This document shows positions 1 to 9,366 of a DNA stretch of 64,000 bases, piece by piece. The stretch is from assembly GCA_964546655.1 (NCBI GenBank), contig CAZJKL010000006.1, positions 1,643 to 65,642 of the forward strand, read 5' to 3'. The translations under genes and the position numbers were made by a program. Below the pieces are notes generated by a model. The model was given only the letters and a program-made list of their open reading frames with translations. It was not told the origin of the DNA and did not search any database. This DNA is from an uncultured Bacteroidales bacterium. Lineage in GTDB: Bacteria; Bacteroidota; Bacteroidia; Bacteroidales; CAZJKL01. The stretch's first letter is position 1. Every line of letters starts with the position of its first letter.

Positions 1-275
1 TCATCATTATAAATTTTATCTAAAATAATAAGCTCTCGTTCTTTAAATTTATTGCAATAAACAATATCTCCGCTATTTTTAATTGAACTTCCGGCAGTAC
101 CAACATTTATTACATAAAAAACATCTTCTAAATGATTCTGAATGTTTGTAATTGCATTAATTGCAGAAGAAACTTTTCCAATTCCTGTTATAATATTAAT
201 AACTTCAAACCCATCTACTTTCGGAGTTTCTCTTAATTCATTTTCTAAAGCTGTAAAAAGTAATATTTTTTTCAT
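1..275 (-). CDS. nucleoside phosphorylase family protein (MTA/SAH nucleosidase-like), N-terminal part; the gene runs off the left edge
   Basis: Not in the ORF track (no stop in window). Reverse-strand ATG at 273-275 gives MKKILLFTALENELRETPKVDGFEVINIITGIGKVSSAINAITNIQNHLEDVFYVINVGTAGSSIKNSGDIVYCNKF. The TGIGKV..A and VINVGTAGS...GDIV blocks resemble the MtnN/MqnB-type PNP_UDP_1 fold. Confidence 0.5.
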   Translation of the reverse strand, partial: MKKILLFTALENELRETPKVDGFEVINIITGIGKVSSAINAITNIQNHLEDVFYVINVGTAGSSIKNSGDIVYCNKFKERELIILDKIYND

Positions 276-290
276 TTTATTTATTTGGTT

Positions 291-322
291 AAAAAAAGCG
301 ATGAATTTTGTTCATCGCTTTT
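291..322 (-). terminator. intrinsic terminator downstream of the OmpA-family gene
   Basis: 8-bp stem gcgatgaa (298-305) / ttcatcgc (311-318) with a 5-nt loop. It is followed on the minus strand by a run of 7 T (plus-strand a-run 291-297) and lies 19 nt after the stop at 341. Confidence 0.6.
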
Positions 323-340
323 AAGATAAATCGATATTTT

Positions 341-2425
341 TTAATTTTTCAGGATTTTAAATTCAGTTCTTCTGTTTATTTGACGACCATCGGCAGTTGA
401 GTTATCTGCAACAGGAGCTGTAGAACCGTACCCTTTAGCTTCAAGCCTTGAAGCTGCAATACCTTTGCTTATTAAATAATTAACAACTTCTTTAGCTCTT
501 CTTTCAGATAATTGCAAATTACTTTCTTCTGATCCAACATTATCAGTATGACCAGAAATTTCGATTCTTAAACTAGGCACATCATTTAATAAGCCTATTA
601 AACGTTGAAGTTCAGAAGTTGATTCAGGTTTAATAGTAGATTTTCCAGTATCAAAGAATATATTTTTAAGAACTATTTTATTTCCTATTGCTATATTTTT
701 AAGTATAATTTCTTTTTCAATAAGCTGATAATCTGCTGCTACAGGTAAGTTAAAGTTTTCTGAATGGAATAAATAACCTTTTGCTTTAACAGCTATACCA
801 TAGTTTATACCCGAAGGAAGAGAAATTAAGAATTTACCTGTTTTGTTATTTGTTAAAATGGTCATTATAACCTGATTTTTAACATTATCAACTACTTCTA
901 TTTCGGCAGCTACAGGAGCATTAGTAAAACCATCTTTAACTATCCCTTTTAAAACCGTTAAATTTTTAGATTCAACTGATACCGATTTTTCAAGAGTTGC
1001 CTCTGATATTGGATTTATAAAATTAGCTAATAATTGATCTTCGTTATCACTAACAGTTGGCTTATCATCACCAATAAATCTTATTTTATAAATATCTAAT
1101 TCTCCTTTACTATTTTCTTCTCGGTTCGAAGAAACATAAGCTGTTTTACCACTTGCAGAAATAGTGAAATATAATTCATCATAAGGAGTATTAATAGGAT
1201 ATCCCATATTTACAGGATTAGACCATCTTCCATCAGGGCCTTGCACCGACATAAAAATATCGTATCCTCCCATTGAATTATGCCCTTCTGAACTAAAATA
1301 CATTGTTTTCCCGTCAGGGTGTATATACACAGAACCTTCATTATATTTTGTATTAAGTTCATGACTAATGGTAACACTTTTTCCCCATTGATTAATTTTG
1401 GGATCCATTAAACCAGAAAAGAAAATATCTCTACCTCCTTCTCCGCCATATCCACCATCGGTAATAAAATAAATTTTTAACCCATCATTTGTATAACAAG
1501 CATGAGTTTCATTACTTGTTAAATTTATTTTATCACTTAATTTAATAGGACTTCTCCAATCATATCCATCTAAAACACATTCATAAATATTTCCATCTCC
1601 ATTATCATTTTTATAAATAAATAATCTTTGACCATCAGGAGATAAAGCACAGCATTCATCATGGCCTTCGGTATTTATATTCCCAATCTTTTTGGGTTCA
1701 GACCATTTGCCATTTTTCTTTTCAGTTATATAAATATCAGAAAAATAAAACCCATCATCACTCTTTTTACCCCCAATATTTGATGCTCTTTTAGAATTAA
1801 ACATAAGTGTTTCTTCATCTAATGTAATAGTAGGACAATAGTCAGGGTATTCAGAATTAAGTTCTTTTAAATTAACCGTCCAAGCTTTTACAGGATTATT
1901 ATATAATTCTTTTGCTGTTTTACATTCCAATTGACGTTTTTCTAAAGTGATTTTAAGCTCTTCTAATTGTTTGTTTTTCAAGCGTTCTTTTAAAATTTCA
2001 TATTGTTTAATCGCTTTATCAAATTCATACTTATATTGATATGCCAAGCCCAAACAATAATAAACATCATCATTAACTTCAGGATCTAATTTTATAGCTT
2101 TTTCTAAATATTCAACCGATTTAATTTTGGTAAACAATTGCAATAAACACTTACCTATTTTATAGTTTAATTCGGCATTATTAGGATTAAATTTATTAGC
2201 CTTTTCGTATTCTGCTAAAGCATTTTTATACGTCATTTTAGGATTTTGCTTGTTTTTTATAGCTTCTTCTCCTAAATTAAATTGTTCATCTCCAATTTTT
2301 ATAGCATCTTGAGCTAACTTAAGTCCTTCTTTATCATCTTTAAAATTAGACGATTTAAATTCAATATTTTGAGCATTAGTTGTAATTACAAAAAACACAA
2401 ATAATGATAATATAATAGTTTTCAT
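341..2425 (-). CDS. OmpA family outer-membrane/peptidoglycan-associated protein with N-terminal TPR and TolB-like beta-propeller region
   Basis: 694 aa with a signal peptide (MKTIILSLFVFFVITTNAQ). TPR-like repeats (YKNALAEYEKANKFNPNNAELNYKIG). Repeated PDG..L(Y)F/S propeller-like blocks. C-terminal OmpA_C motif NIFFDTGKSTI...LEISGHTDNVGSEESNLQLSERRAKEVVNYL...NRRTEFKI. Confidence 0.85.
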   Translation of the reverse strand: MKTIILSLFVFFVITTNAQNIEFKSSNFKDDKEGLKLAQDAIKIGDEQFNLGEEAIKNKQNPKMTYKNALAEYEKANKFNPNNAELNYKIGKCLLQLFTKIKSVEYLEKAIKLDPEVNDDVYYCLGLAYQYKYEFDKAIKQYEILKERLKNKQLEELKITLEKRQLECKTAKELYNNPVKAWTVNLKELNSEYPDYCPTITLDEETLMFNSKRASNIGGKKSDDGFYFSDIYITEKKNGKWSEPKKIGNINTEGHDECCALSPDGQRLFIYKNDNGDGNIYECVLDGYDWRSPIKLSDKINLTSNETHACYTNDGLKIYFITDGGYGGEGGRDIFFSGLMDPKINQWGKSVTISHELNTKYNEGSVYIHPDGKTMYFSSEGHNSMGGYDIFMSVQGPDGRWSNPVNMGYPINTPYDELYFTISASGKTAYVSSNREENSKGELDIYKIRFIGDDKPTVSDNEDQLLANFINPISEATLEKSVSVESKNLTVLKGIVKDGFTNAPVAAEIEVVDNVKNQVIMTILTNNKTGKFLISLPSGINYGIAVKAKGYLFHSENFNLPVAADYQLIEKEIILKNIAIGNKIVLKNIFFDTGKSTIKPESTSELQRLIGLLNDVPSLRIEISGHTDNVGSEESNLQLSERRAKEVVNYLISKGIAASRLEAKGYGSTAPVADNSTADGRQINRRTEFKILKN

Positions 2426-2446
2426 AACAATCGAGTTTTTAATAAG

Positions 2447-3529
2447 TTAGTTACATTCAAGAGTATAATATTTTTTTCCAACTTCAAGGCCTAGTTCACT
2501 TGCTTTTTGATAATCGCTACAAGCTCCTTCGCCATCTCTTAACATTTCTTTTGTTATAGCTCGGTTTAAATAGGCAATAGCATACTTTGAGTTAATTGAA
2601 ATAGCTTTAGAATAATCTTTAGTAGCTTCTTGATATTTTTTTTGTTTATGATAAGCTATCCCTCTATTATTATATGCTAAAGTATAATTAGGGTTAACTG
2701 TAATAGCTTTAGTAAAATCTTCAATTGCTCTGTCAATATTATTTTGTTCCATATAAACAGACCCTCTATTGTTTATTGCAATATAGTAATCGGGTTTTAT
2801 TTTAACTGCATTATGATATGCTTCTAATGCACCAACTAAATCGTTCATTTTCTTTTTAACTCCTCCTAAATTATTATAAACATAAGCTAAAGAAGCATCA
2901 ATAGTAATTGCTTTATTGTAATCCTGAATAGCTCCTGCGTAATCTTCAATTTTACGTTTTGCACTACCTCGGTCATTGTATGCTTTTACATGATTTGGCT
3001 TAATATTTATTGCTTTTGTAAGCATATCTATAGATTCTTGATACTTGCCTTGTAAGAATTTTACTCCACCTAAAAGATAATAATTTTCGCTATTATTTGG
3101 TTCTTTCATAATAAGTTCCATATAATCTTCTGTGGCATCATCATACTTTCCTGCATTAGTTGAAACTTCAGCTCTTAAGGTATATGCTTTAATATTTCCG
3201 TCAGATAAACTAATAATATCTGAATATGTTTTATATGCACTATTATAATCTTTTAATGCTACTTGAGATAAAGCTTTATTGTAATAAGCTTCAGTAAATG
3301 TTTTATCTAATGATATAGCTTTGTCGAACAATACTACTGCTTCTTTATAAAGTTTTTGCTTATACTTTTCAATACCTGCATTATAAGATTCTTGTGATTC
3401 TTGAGTAGTTCTTGAACTTTGATTAATCTTTGCGATTGAATCAGCATACCTGACTTCATCTTCGGTGTTTTGCGAATATCCAAAGTTAAACGCAATAATA
3501 AACAAACTTAATAAAAATATTTTATTCAT
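2447..3529 (-). CDS. secreted tetratricopeptide (TPR) repeat protein
   Basis: 360 aa with a signal peptide, then about 8 consecutive 34-aa TPR units (e.g. AYNDRGSAKRKIEDYAGAIQDYNKAITIDASLAY, AYNNRGIAYHKQKKYQEATKDYSKAISINSKYA). Confidence 0.8.
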   Translation of the reverse strand: MNKIFLLSLFIIAFNFGYSQNTEDEVRYADSIAKINQSSRTTQESQESYNAGIEKYKQKLYKEAVVLFDKAISLDKTFTEAYYNKALSQVALKDYNSAYKTYSDIISLSDGNIKAYTLRAEVSTNAGKYDDATEDYMELIMKEPNNSENYYLLGGVKFLQGKYQESIDMLTKAINIKPNHVKAYNDRGSAKRKIEDYAGAIQDYNKAITIDASLAYVYNNLGGVKKKMNDLVGALEAYHNAVKIKPDYYIAINNRGSVYMEQNNIDRAIEDFTKAITVNPNYTLAYNNRGIAYHKQKKYQEATKDYSKAISINSKYAIAYLNRAITKEMLRDGEGACSDYQKASELGLEVGKKYYTLECN

Positions 3530-3654
3530 AAATTCTGATTTTAATTTGATTTACAATTACTTATATAAAAAGAATTCTATTCCCCTTGCACAAATTTAAT
3601 AAAATTATTTATTTATCAAAAAAAACGATGTTTTTAAAAAATAATAATAATTAC

Positions 3655-3662
3655 TATATTTG
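3655..3662 (+). promoter_or_regulatory. candidate Bacteroidota -7 promoter box (TATATTTG)
   Basis: Exact match to TAnnTTTG, 25 nt upstream of the ATG at 3687. No clean -33 TTTG was seen. The TTG start used by the ORF track (3660) lies inside this box, which argues for the ATG at 3687. Confidence 0.3.
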
Positions 3663-3686
3663 CATAAAAATTTAAAATTAATAACT

Positions 3687-5189
3687 ATGAAAATTATAAT
3701 TTTTATTTTGCTATTATTTGTTTTTATAAATGCAAATGCACAAATAGAGTGTGTTAAAAAAACCGCAATTGCAGAAAGTGAAGGGTATTTTAGTGACTAT
3801 TTATACGAATTTGGGGAAAATGGTGTTATTTTTTATTCAGAAAAAGATCAAAAAGTTGATGACAATAAAGAATACGATTTTGTTTTTTTTGATAAAGATT
3901 TAAAACTGGTAAAAACTGAAAAAGCTCTTATTTATAAAAAATTAAGAAAAGAAATTTCAGTAAAATCAGAAACACATTTACATACATTATTTTTGGATAA
4001 AGATGGTAATTTTACTATTGTTAATGCATCAATAAAAGAAACTATTTTAAAAAATGTTTCTGGTGTTATTGATCCTAAAGCTAAATTGCGAGACGCGGTT
4101 GTTTTAGGCGAAAATATTTACATAAAATCAATAATTAAAGAAGCTCCCTTTATTATTAAAATTAATTGGAAAACAGGTAAAAATAGCTTAATTCCTATCG
4201 TAATTGAAAATCAAAAGCCAAATGAAATTTCAATTATAAATATTCAAGCAATTGAGAAATCAAATGAAGTTTTTGTTTTTGTTCGAGTACCTTTAAATGA
4301 TAATGAGGTTAATACTTTTGCTATTAAGATTGATGAGAAAGTTTTAAATATTAAATATAATTTTAAAAATTTCACTAAAAACAACATTTCGGCTATTTCA
4401 ATAACAAATATTGGCCCTGATGAATATATTTTTTCAGGAACATACAGTAAAAACAATCCTATAATAGGAATAAGAAGTGATAGGCCTCCGAGAAAAACAG
4501 GAGTAGTTTCAGAGGGAATTTTTTTCGCAAAAGGGAAAAATAATAAAATTGAGTTTATAAAGTTTTATAATTTCACTGATTTAAAAGACTTTTTCAATCA
4601 TTTAACTTCTAAAAGAAAGGAAAAAATTGAAACTAGAAAAGAAAAAGGGAAAGAAATCAATAATAGGTTTTTTGTAGAATCTCACAATTTAATACCTACA
4701 AATAAAAATGAATTTATTTATTTAGGAGAAATATTTTATCCTATTTTTAAAGAAATAATTCGATCAAACAATGAAATAGATTATGATTTAAATGGGTATC
4801 AATATGCACACTCTGTTATTGCAAAACTAAACAACCAAGGTGATTTAATTTGGGATAAAAATTTCTCAATGTGGGCAATTGATAAACCTCAAGAAATAGT
4901 TAAACTGATACAAACTCCTGAAATAAACGATAACAATATTAAATTAATATTCCTAAATAGTTCTAGTTTAATATTAAAAGGATTTAATGTAGATGGGTCT
5001 TTATTATACGACGAAACAGATGCATCAAGTCAACTTAAAAATGAGGATAGTAAAATAGAATTCTCCACTAATCAAAAAATATATTATTGGTATAAAGACT
5101 ATTATTTATTATATGGATATGATAGATACAATAAAAAAGAAAATAAAGGGAAGGAAATGGTTTCTTTCATTAAGAAAATAAAATATTAA
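3687..5189 (+). CDS. hypothetical secreted protein
   Basis: ORF 3660..5189 trimmed to the in-frame ATG that begins a signal peptide (MKIIIFILLLFVFINANAQ). I recognise no family. Contains a Lys-rich segment (KRKEKIETRKEKGKE). Confidence 0.55.
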   Translation: MKIIIFILLLFVFINANAQIECVKKTAIAESEGYFSDYLYEFGENGVIFYSEKDQKVDDNKEYDFVFFDKDLKLVKTEKALIYKKLRKEISVKSETHLHTLFLDKDGNFTIVNASIKETILKNVSGVIDPKAKLRDAVVLGENIYIKSIIKEAPFIIKINWKTGKNSLIPIVIENQKPNEISIINIQAIEKSNEVFVFVRVPLNDNEVNTFAIKIDEKVLNIKYNFKNFTKNNISAISITNIGPDEYIFSGTYSKNNPIIGIRSDRPPRKTGVVSEGIFFAKGKNNKIEFIKFYNFTDLKDFFNHLTSKRKEKIETRKEKGKEINNRFFVESHNLIPTNKNEFIYLGEIFYPIFKEIIRSNNEIDYDLNGYQYAHSVIAKLNNQGDLIWDKNFSMWAIDKPQEIVKLIQTPEINDNNIKLIFLNSSSLILKGFNVDGSLLYDETDASSQLKNEDSKIEFSTNQKIYYWYKDYYLLYGYDRYNKKENKGKEMVSFIKKIKY

Positions 5190-5236
5190 AATTAATACAG
5201 CAATTATAATATTTATATAACCGAAACCATAAATCA

Positions 5237-6067
5237 ATGAAAAACAAAATTTTATTATTGTTTTCTTTTATAATTTTTGCTTTTAATCTTTCTGCCCAAG
5301 AAACTTATATTTTCAACAATAATAGGAACAATTATTCATTAGTAAACCCTGCCGCTTCGGGGTTATTGTATAAGCATTTTGCAACAGTTTGCGGAAATAA
5401 TTCATATAGAAATTCTAATTCAGATATTAAGTCATTATATGCCATTTACGACTTCGATTTTTCGAAAATAAATAGTGGGATTGGGATTAATTATATTTAC
5501 GACACTATATCTATTAATGAATACAATAAACTTAATGTTAATTATTCTTACCATCTTAAACTTAAAAATGAAAGAAAATTAAGTGTAGGCTTATCTTTGG
5601 GTTTACAAAAAGTAAAAACTGACTATAAAAATGTTAGATATGTTAACTTTGGAAACTCCCCTTATTTTTACGGGATAGAAGAAGAATATTTTTTAAACTA
5701 TAATTTTGGGTTGATGTACAAATCGCCAAAAATTTTGGCAGGATTTAGTGTAAATAAATATTCTAACAACAACAATTACGAAAGACCTTTTCAATATTAT
5801 TTTACAGGATTATATAATATCAATATTTCAAAGAATTTTGAAGCTGAACCAGGTCTTGATATTGCATTACATGAAGGGTTATATGATATTAACTTAATTC
5901 TTAAGTATAAGAAAAACATTTGGATTGGATCTACTTGCCGAAATTTAGATAATTTTATTTTTATGGGAGGAGCTGATATTAAAGGTAAATATCGCATCGG
6001 TTATAGTTATCATAAAAATATTATTCATTCTTCTCACGAGATTTTACTTGCCTTTTTAATTAAATAA
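5237..6067 (+). CDS. PorP/SprF family type IX secretion system membrane protein (short form)
   Basis: 276 aa with a signal peptide ending LSAQE. N-terminal ...YSLVNPAASG... resembles the PorP/SprF YxxNPAxxG start. Followed by SGIGINYIYD and alternating beta-strand-like blocks ending in an aromatic-rich C terminus. Confidence 0.55.
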   Translation: MKNKILLLFSFIIFAFNLSAQETYIFNNNRNNYSLVNPAASGLLYKHFATVCGNNSYRNSNSDIKSLYAIYDFDFSKINSGIGINYIYDTISINEYNKLNVNYSYHLKLKNERKLSVGLSLGLQKVKTDYKNVRYVNFGNSPYFYGIEEEYFLNYNFGLMYKSPKILAGFSVNKYSNNNNYERPFQYYFTGLYNINISKNFEAEPGLDIALHEGLYDINLILKYKKNIWIGSTCRNLDNFIFMGGADIKGKYRIGYSYHKNIIHSSHEILLAFLIK

Positions 6068-6181
6068 AAAAAATCCGTTTTTATTAAAAAGCATTATTCA
6101 TAAAAGATAACCATAAACTATATTTTTATTTTTTCATAATGAATTAAAAATAAATATTTTACTTTTTTTGTTTTATCCTCT

Positions 6182-6209
6182 TTTGCATTAATTAATATTA
6201 TTAAATTTG
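6182..6209 (+). promoter_or_regulatory. candidate promoter (TTTG - 16 nt - TAAATTTG)
   Basis: TTTG at 6182-6185 and TAAATTTG at 6202-6209 (TAnnTTTG match). The -7 box ends only 4 nt before the ATG at 6214. Confidence 0.35.
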
Positions 6210-6213
6210 CCTC

Positions 6214-7233
6214 ATGATTTTAGTTACAGGAGCAACGGGTTTAGTAGGAAGTCATTTATTGTATGAACTTGCTTTAAATAATGATATTGTTATTGCCTTA
6301 AAACGAGTAAATAGTGATGTTTTATTTGTTAAGAAAGTTTTTAGTTTTTATGACAATAACTATGAGCTACTTTTTAATAGAATAAAATGGGTTGAAGGTG
6401 ATTTAGAAGATTATTATTCATTAGAAGAAGCTTTAATTGGAATTGATTATGTATATAATTGTGCTGGATTAATTTCTTTTGACAAACAAGATTTTAACAA
6501 ATTAATTGATATAAATTATAAAGGAACTGCTAATTTAATAAATGCTTGTATAAGTAGCGGAGTTAAAAAGCTTGTTCACGTAAGTTCAATAGCGGCATTA
6601 GGAAGAGCAAAACAAAATATTGAAACAACAGAAGAACTTCAGTGGGAAGATTCTTCAAATAACTCTGGATACTCGATAAGTAAGCATTTGGCCGAGATGG
6701 AAGTTTGGCGTGGTTCTGAAGAAGGTTTAAATATATGCATAATTAACCCATCAATTATTATTGGACCTGGATTTTGGGATTATGGTAGCGGGAGAATGAT
6801 TAAAATTATGTGGGATGGTTTAAAGTTTTATACAAAGGGCACAAATGGATTTGTTGATGTAAAAGATGTTGCTAAAAGTATGATTATATTGATGAATAGC
6901 GATATTAATAAACAACGCTATATTATTAATTCTGAAAATGTTGATTATAAATTGTTTTATGAATTAGTCTCAAAATATTTAAATATTGCCCCTCCTAAAT
7001 ATTTTGCAAATAAATGTTTATCAAGTATTGCTTGGCGTTTTTTAAAATTATTTAGCTTAATTACGTGTAAAAAACCTTTAATAACAAAAGAAACAGCAAG
7101 AACTGCAAATCAGACTTATAAATATAATTCGAATAAATTTATTAATGAATTTGATTATAAATTTATAAGCATTGAGCAATCTATAAAAAATACTTGTGAA
7201 TTGTTTTTAACTGATATTAAGAATAAAAAATAA
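6214..7233 (+). CDS. NAD-dependent epimerase/dehydratase family (extended SDR) protein
   Basis: 339 aa. N-terminal Rossmann motif ILVTGATGLVGSHL, then SSIAALG and a YSISK (YxxxK) catalytic motif. Confidence 0.8.
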   Translation: MILVTGATGLVGSHLLYELALNNDIVIALKRVNSDVLFVKKVFSFYDNNYELLFNRIKWVEGDLEDYYSLEEALIGIDYVYNCAGLISFDKQDFNKLIDINYKGTANLINACISSGVKKLVHVSSIAALGRAKQNIETTEELQWEDSSNNSGYSISKHLAEMEVWRGSEEGLNICIINPSIIIGPGFWDYGSGRMIKIMWDGLKFYTKGTNGFVDVKDVAKSMIILMNSDINKQRYIINSENVDYKLFYELVSKYLNIAPPKYFANKCLSSIAWRFLKLFSLITCKKPLITKETARTANQTYKYNSNKFINEFDYKFISIEQSIKNTCELFLTDIKNKK

Positions 7234-7238
7234 ACTTT

Positions 7239-7964
7239 TTAATAGTCCATTTTAAAAATTTTTCCATTATCATAATAAGGAATTATTCTCATTGTATCAA
7301 TTTGAAGGCAATATTCAATAACATCATCTAATCCGAACTGCCTTAAGCGATCTCGTTGTGCTGCTTTTTGCATATATTGAACTAAATCTACTTTTGCTAA
7401 GCTCCATAAATCTAATGCGGTTGTAGCCGTATCGCATTTAGTATAATACAAATTGCTTTCTAAAATTTTCTCAGTTATTGCTCCAGCTAAAACTGTATCT
7501 TCTAGCGATAATTTTGTTTTCCAACCTGCACACAAAACAATAATATTTCTTTTTTCACTAATTAAATATTCGCAAACAGCAGATAAATTTAAGAATGAAG
7601 CTAAAACTACTTTATTGCATTCACTAGCTTTTTGAATTGCTTTTGTTCCATTTGTAGTGCTATAAACAATAGTTTTTCCTTCAACATTTTCTTTTGAAAA
7701 ATTATAAGGTGAATTTCCAAAGTCAGCAAAATCTAATTTTATACCGTTTCTTTCAGCTGCAACTAAAAACCCCTGTTCTTTCATTTTTCTAGCATCTTCT
7801 TTGTCGGCGATAGGAATTAGTTCTTTTAATCCATTTTTAAATCCTGTGCAAACCGATGAAGTTGCTCTAAAAACATCAATAACAACAACATTGCTTTCTT
7901 TGTTTACGTATTTGTCGAATATTGCAGGCGAAATACAAACCTCTATTGATAATTTTTCTGACAT
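7239..7964 (-). CDS. 2-phosphosulfolactate phosphatase (ComB) family protein
   Basis: ORF 7239..7985 begins at a TTG. The in-frame ATG at 7964 (MSEKLSIEVC...) is preferred. VVVIDVFRATSS and YSTTNGTKAI blocks are typical of the ComB family. Confidence 0.7.
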   Translation of the reverse strand: MSEKLSIEVCISPAIFDKYVNKESNVVVIDVFRATSSVCTGFKNGLKELIPIADKEDARKMKEQGFLVAAERNGIKLDFADFGNSPYNFSKENVEGKTIVYSTTNGTKAIQKASECNKVVLASFLNLSAVCEYLISEKRNIIVLCAGWKTKLSLEDTVLAGAITEKILESNLYYTKCDTATTALDLWSLAKVDLVQYMQKAAQRDRLRQFGLDDVIEYCLQIDTMRIIPYYDNGKIFKMDY

Positions 7965-8007
7965 ATTTAGAATATATAAAAACAAAGAGGCTGTCCGAAA
8001 GAACCGA

Positions 8008-8175
8008 TTTTGTCATGCTGAAGAACGAAGTGAAAAATCTTAATGTATTTATTGTTAGATTATTCGCTTTGCTTTTTGTCATGCTGAGAGAAACGAAGCA
8101 TCTAAAAATTCTTCGCTACCGCTCAGAAGGACAATGCTTATTGCTCAGAAAGACATCTTTTCGCTATTTTTTTTA
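8008..8175. repeat. palindromic intergenic repeat element (same family as 43.15 and 43.40 kb copies) carrying a nested extra half-element
   Basis: ttttgtcatgctgaagaacgaagtgaaaaatcttaatg...gttagatt...cttcgctaccgctcagaaggacaatgcttattgctcagaaagacatc aligns with 43149-43262, except for an insert of about 50 nt (about 8062-8108) that is itself a gtcatgctgagagaaacgaagcatc arm. Confidence 0.7.
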
Positions 8176-8203
8176 GACAGTCTCTTTGTTTGCTTTAATA
8201 ATT

Positions 8204-9292
8204 TTATGCTTTATAAAAAGGCATTTTAACAACTTTCGCTTTTAATCTCTTGTCTCTGATCTCAACATATATTTCAGAATCTATTTTACTAAGTTCTGTT
8301 TTTACATATCCCATACCAACAGCTTTGTTAATAGATGGACCTTGTGTTCCAGAAGTTACAACACCAATAACATTACCATTAGCATCAACTATGTTATAAC
8401 CATGTCTTGGTATTCCTCTATCAATCATTTCAAACCCAACTAATTTTCTTTTTGGGCCTTCTTCTTTAATTTTAACAATTTTATCTTTATCAATAAAATC
8501 TTTATAATCTGTTATTTTAGTAATCCAACCTAAACCAGCTTCGATAGGAGAAGTTGTATCATCAATATCATTACCATATAAACAATAACCCATTTCTAAT
8601 CTTAAAGTATCTCTACAAGCTAATCCAGCAGGCTTAATTGCATATTTTTGTCCTGCTTCCATAACTGCATTCCATAATTTTTCTGCTGAAGAATTAGGAA
8701 CATAAATTTCGAATCCACCTGCACCTGTATATCCTGTTGCAGATAATATAGCATCTTTAATACCAGCTATTTCGCCAACTTCAAAAGCATAATATTCGAT
8801 ATTACTTAAATTAACAGAAGTTAATGTTTGTAAAATTTCAAGAGCTTTAGGTCCTTGAATTGCAAGTTGAGAAGTTTCGTCAGAAGCATTTGTTAGTTTT
8901 GCTCCATATTTATTGTTTTTAACAACCCAATTCCAGTCTTTTTCAATATTTGCAGCATTAACAACTAGTAAATATTTTTCATCATTAAATTTGTAAACTA
9001 ATAAATCGTCAACTATTCCGCCGTTTCCGTTTGGGAAGCAAGAATATTGAGCTTTACCGTTTACTAATTTTGAAGCATCATTAGTAGTAATATATTGAAT
9101 TGCATTTAAAGCTTGAGGTCCTTCAACCCAAAATTCGCCCATGTGAGAAACATCAAAAACGCCAACACCTTTTCTAACATTTTCGTGTTCAATAATTAAC
9201 CCTTCGTATTGTAATGGCATATTGTAGCCTGCAAAAGGAACCATTTTAGCTCCTAATTTTTCGTGTATTGCTGTAAAAGCTGTATTTTTCAT
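8204..9292 (-). CDS. gcvT: glycine cleavage system aminomethyltransferase T
   Basis: 362 aa. [50 protein letters not shown] and [17 protein letters not shown] are hallmark GcvT blocks. Confidence 0.95.
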   Translation of the reverse strand: MKNTAFTAIHEKLGAKMVPFAGYNMPLQYEGLIIEHENVRKGVGVFDVSHMGEFWVEGPQALNAIQYITTNDASKLVNGKAQYSCFPNGNGGIVDDLLVYKFNDEKYLLVVNAANIEKDWNWVVKNNKYGAKLTNASDETSQLAIQGPKALEILQTLTSVNLSNIEYYAFEVGEIAGIKDAILSATGYTGAGGFEIYVPNSSAEKLWNAVMEAGQKYAIKPAGLACRDTLRLEMGYCLYGNDIDDTTSPIEAGLGWITKITDYKDFIDKDKIVKIKEEGPKRKLVGFEMIDRGIPRHGYNIVDANGNVIGVVTSGTQGPSINKAVGMGYVKTELSKIDSEIYVEIRDKRLKAKVVKMPFYKA

Positions 9293-9327
9293 TATATTAT
9301 TTATTTAATATTTATAAAATTTATTAT

Positions 9328-9335
9328 GCAAATTT
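9328..9335 (-). promoter_or_regulatory. candidate -7 promoter box for gcvT (TAAATTTG on minus strand)
   Basis: Plus-strand caaattta is TAAATTTG on the minus strand, 35 nt upstream of the gcvT start. No -33 TTTG seen. Confidence 0.3.
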
Positions 9336-9366
9336 AAAATTTAATTATGTATTACTAAATTTAATA

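Noticed and set aside
142-324. 60-aa plus-strand ORF at the left edge
   Set aside because: It lies antisense to the nucleosidase-like gene, which has clear family motifs, and it extends through the terminator hairpin.
7801-8176. Three overlapping ORFs of 68-84 aa (7801..8043 +, 7876..8082 -, 7922..8176 +)
   Set aside because: They run antisense to comB and/or straight through the palindromic repeat element. Peptides such as FCHAEERSEKS are the typical read-through of this repeat class.
9293-9366. Glycine riboswitch upstream of gcvT
   Set aside because: The intergenic space is only 74 nt and extremely AT-rich. That is too short and unstructured for a glycine aptamer.
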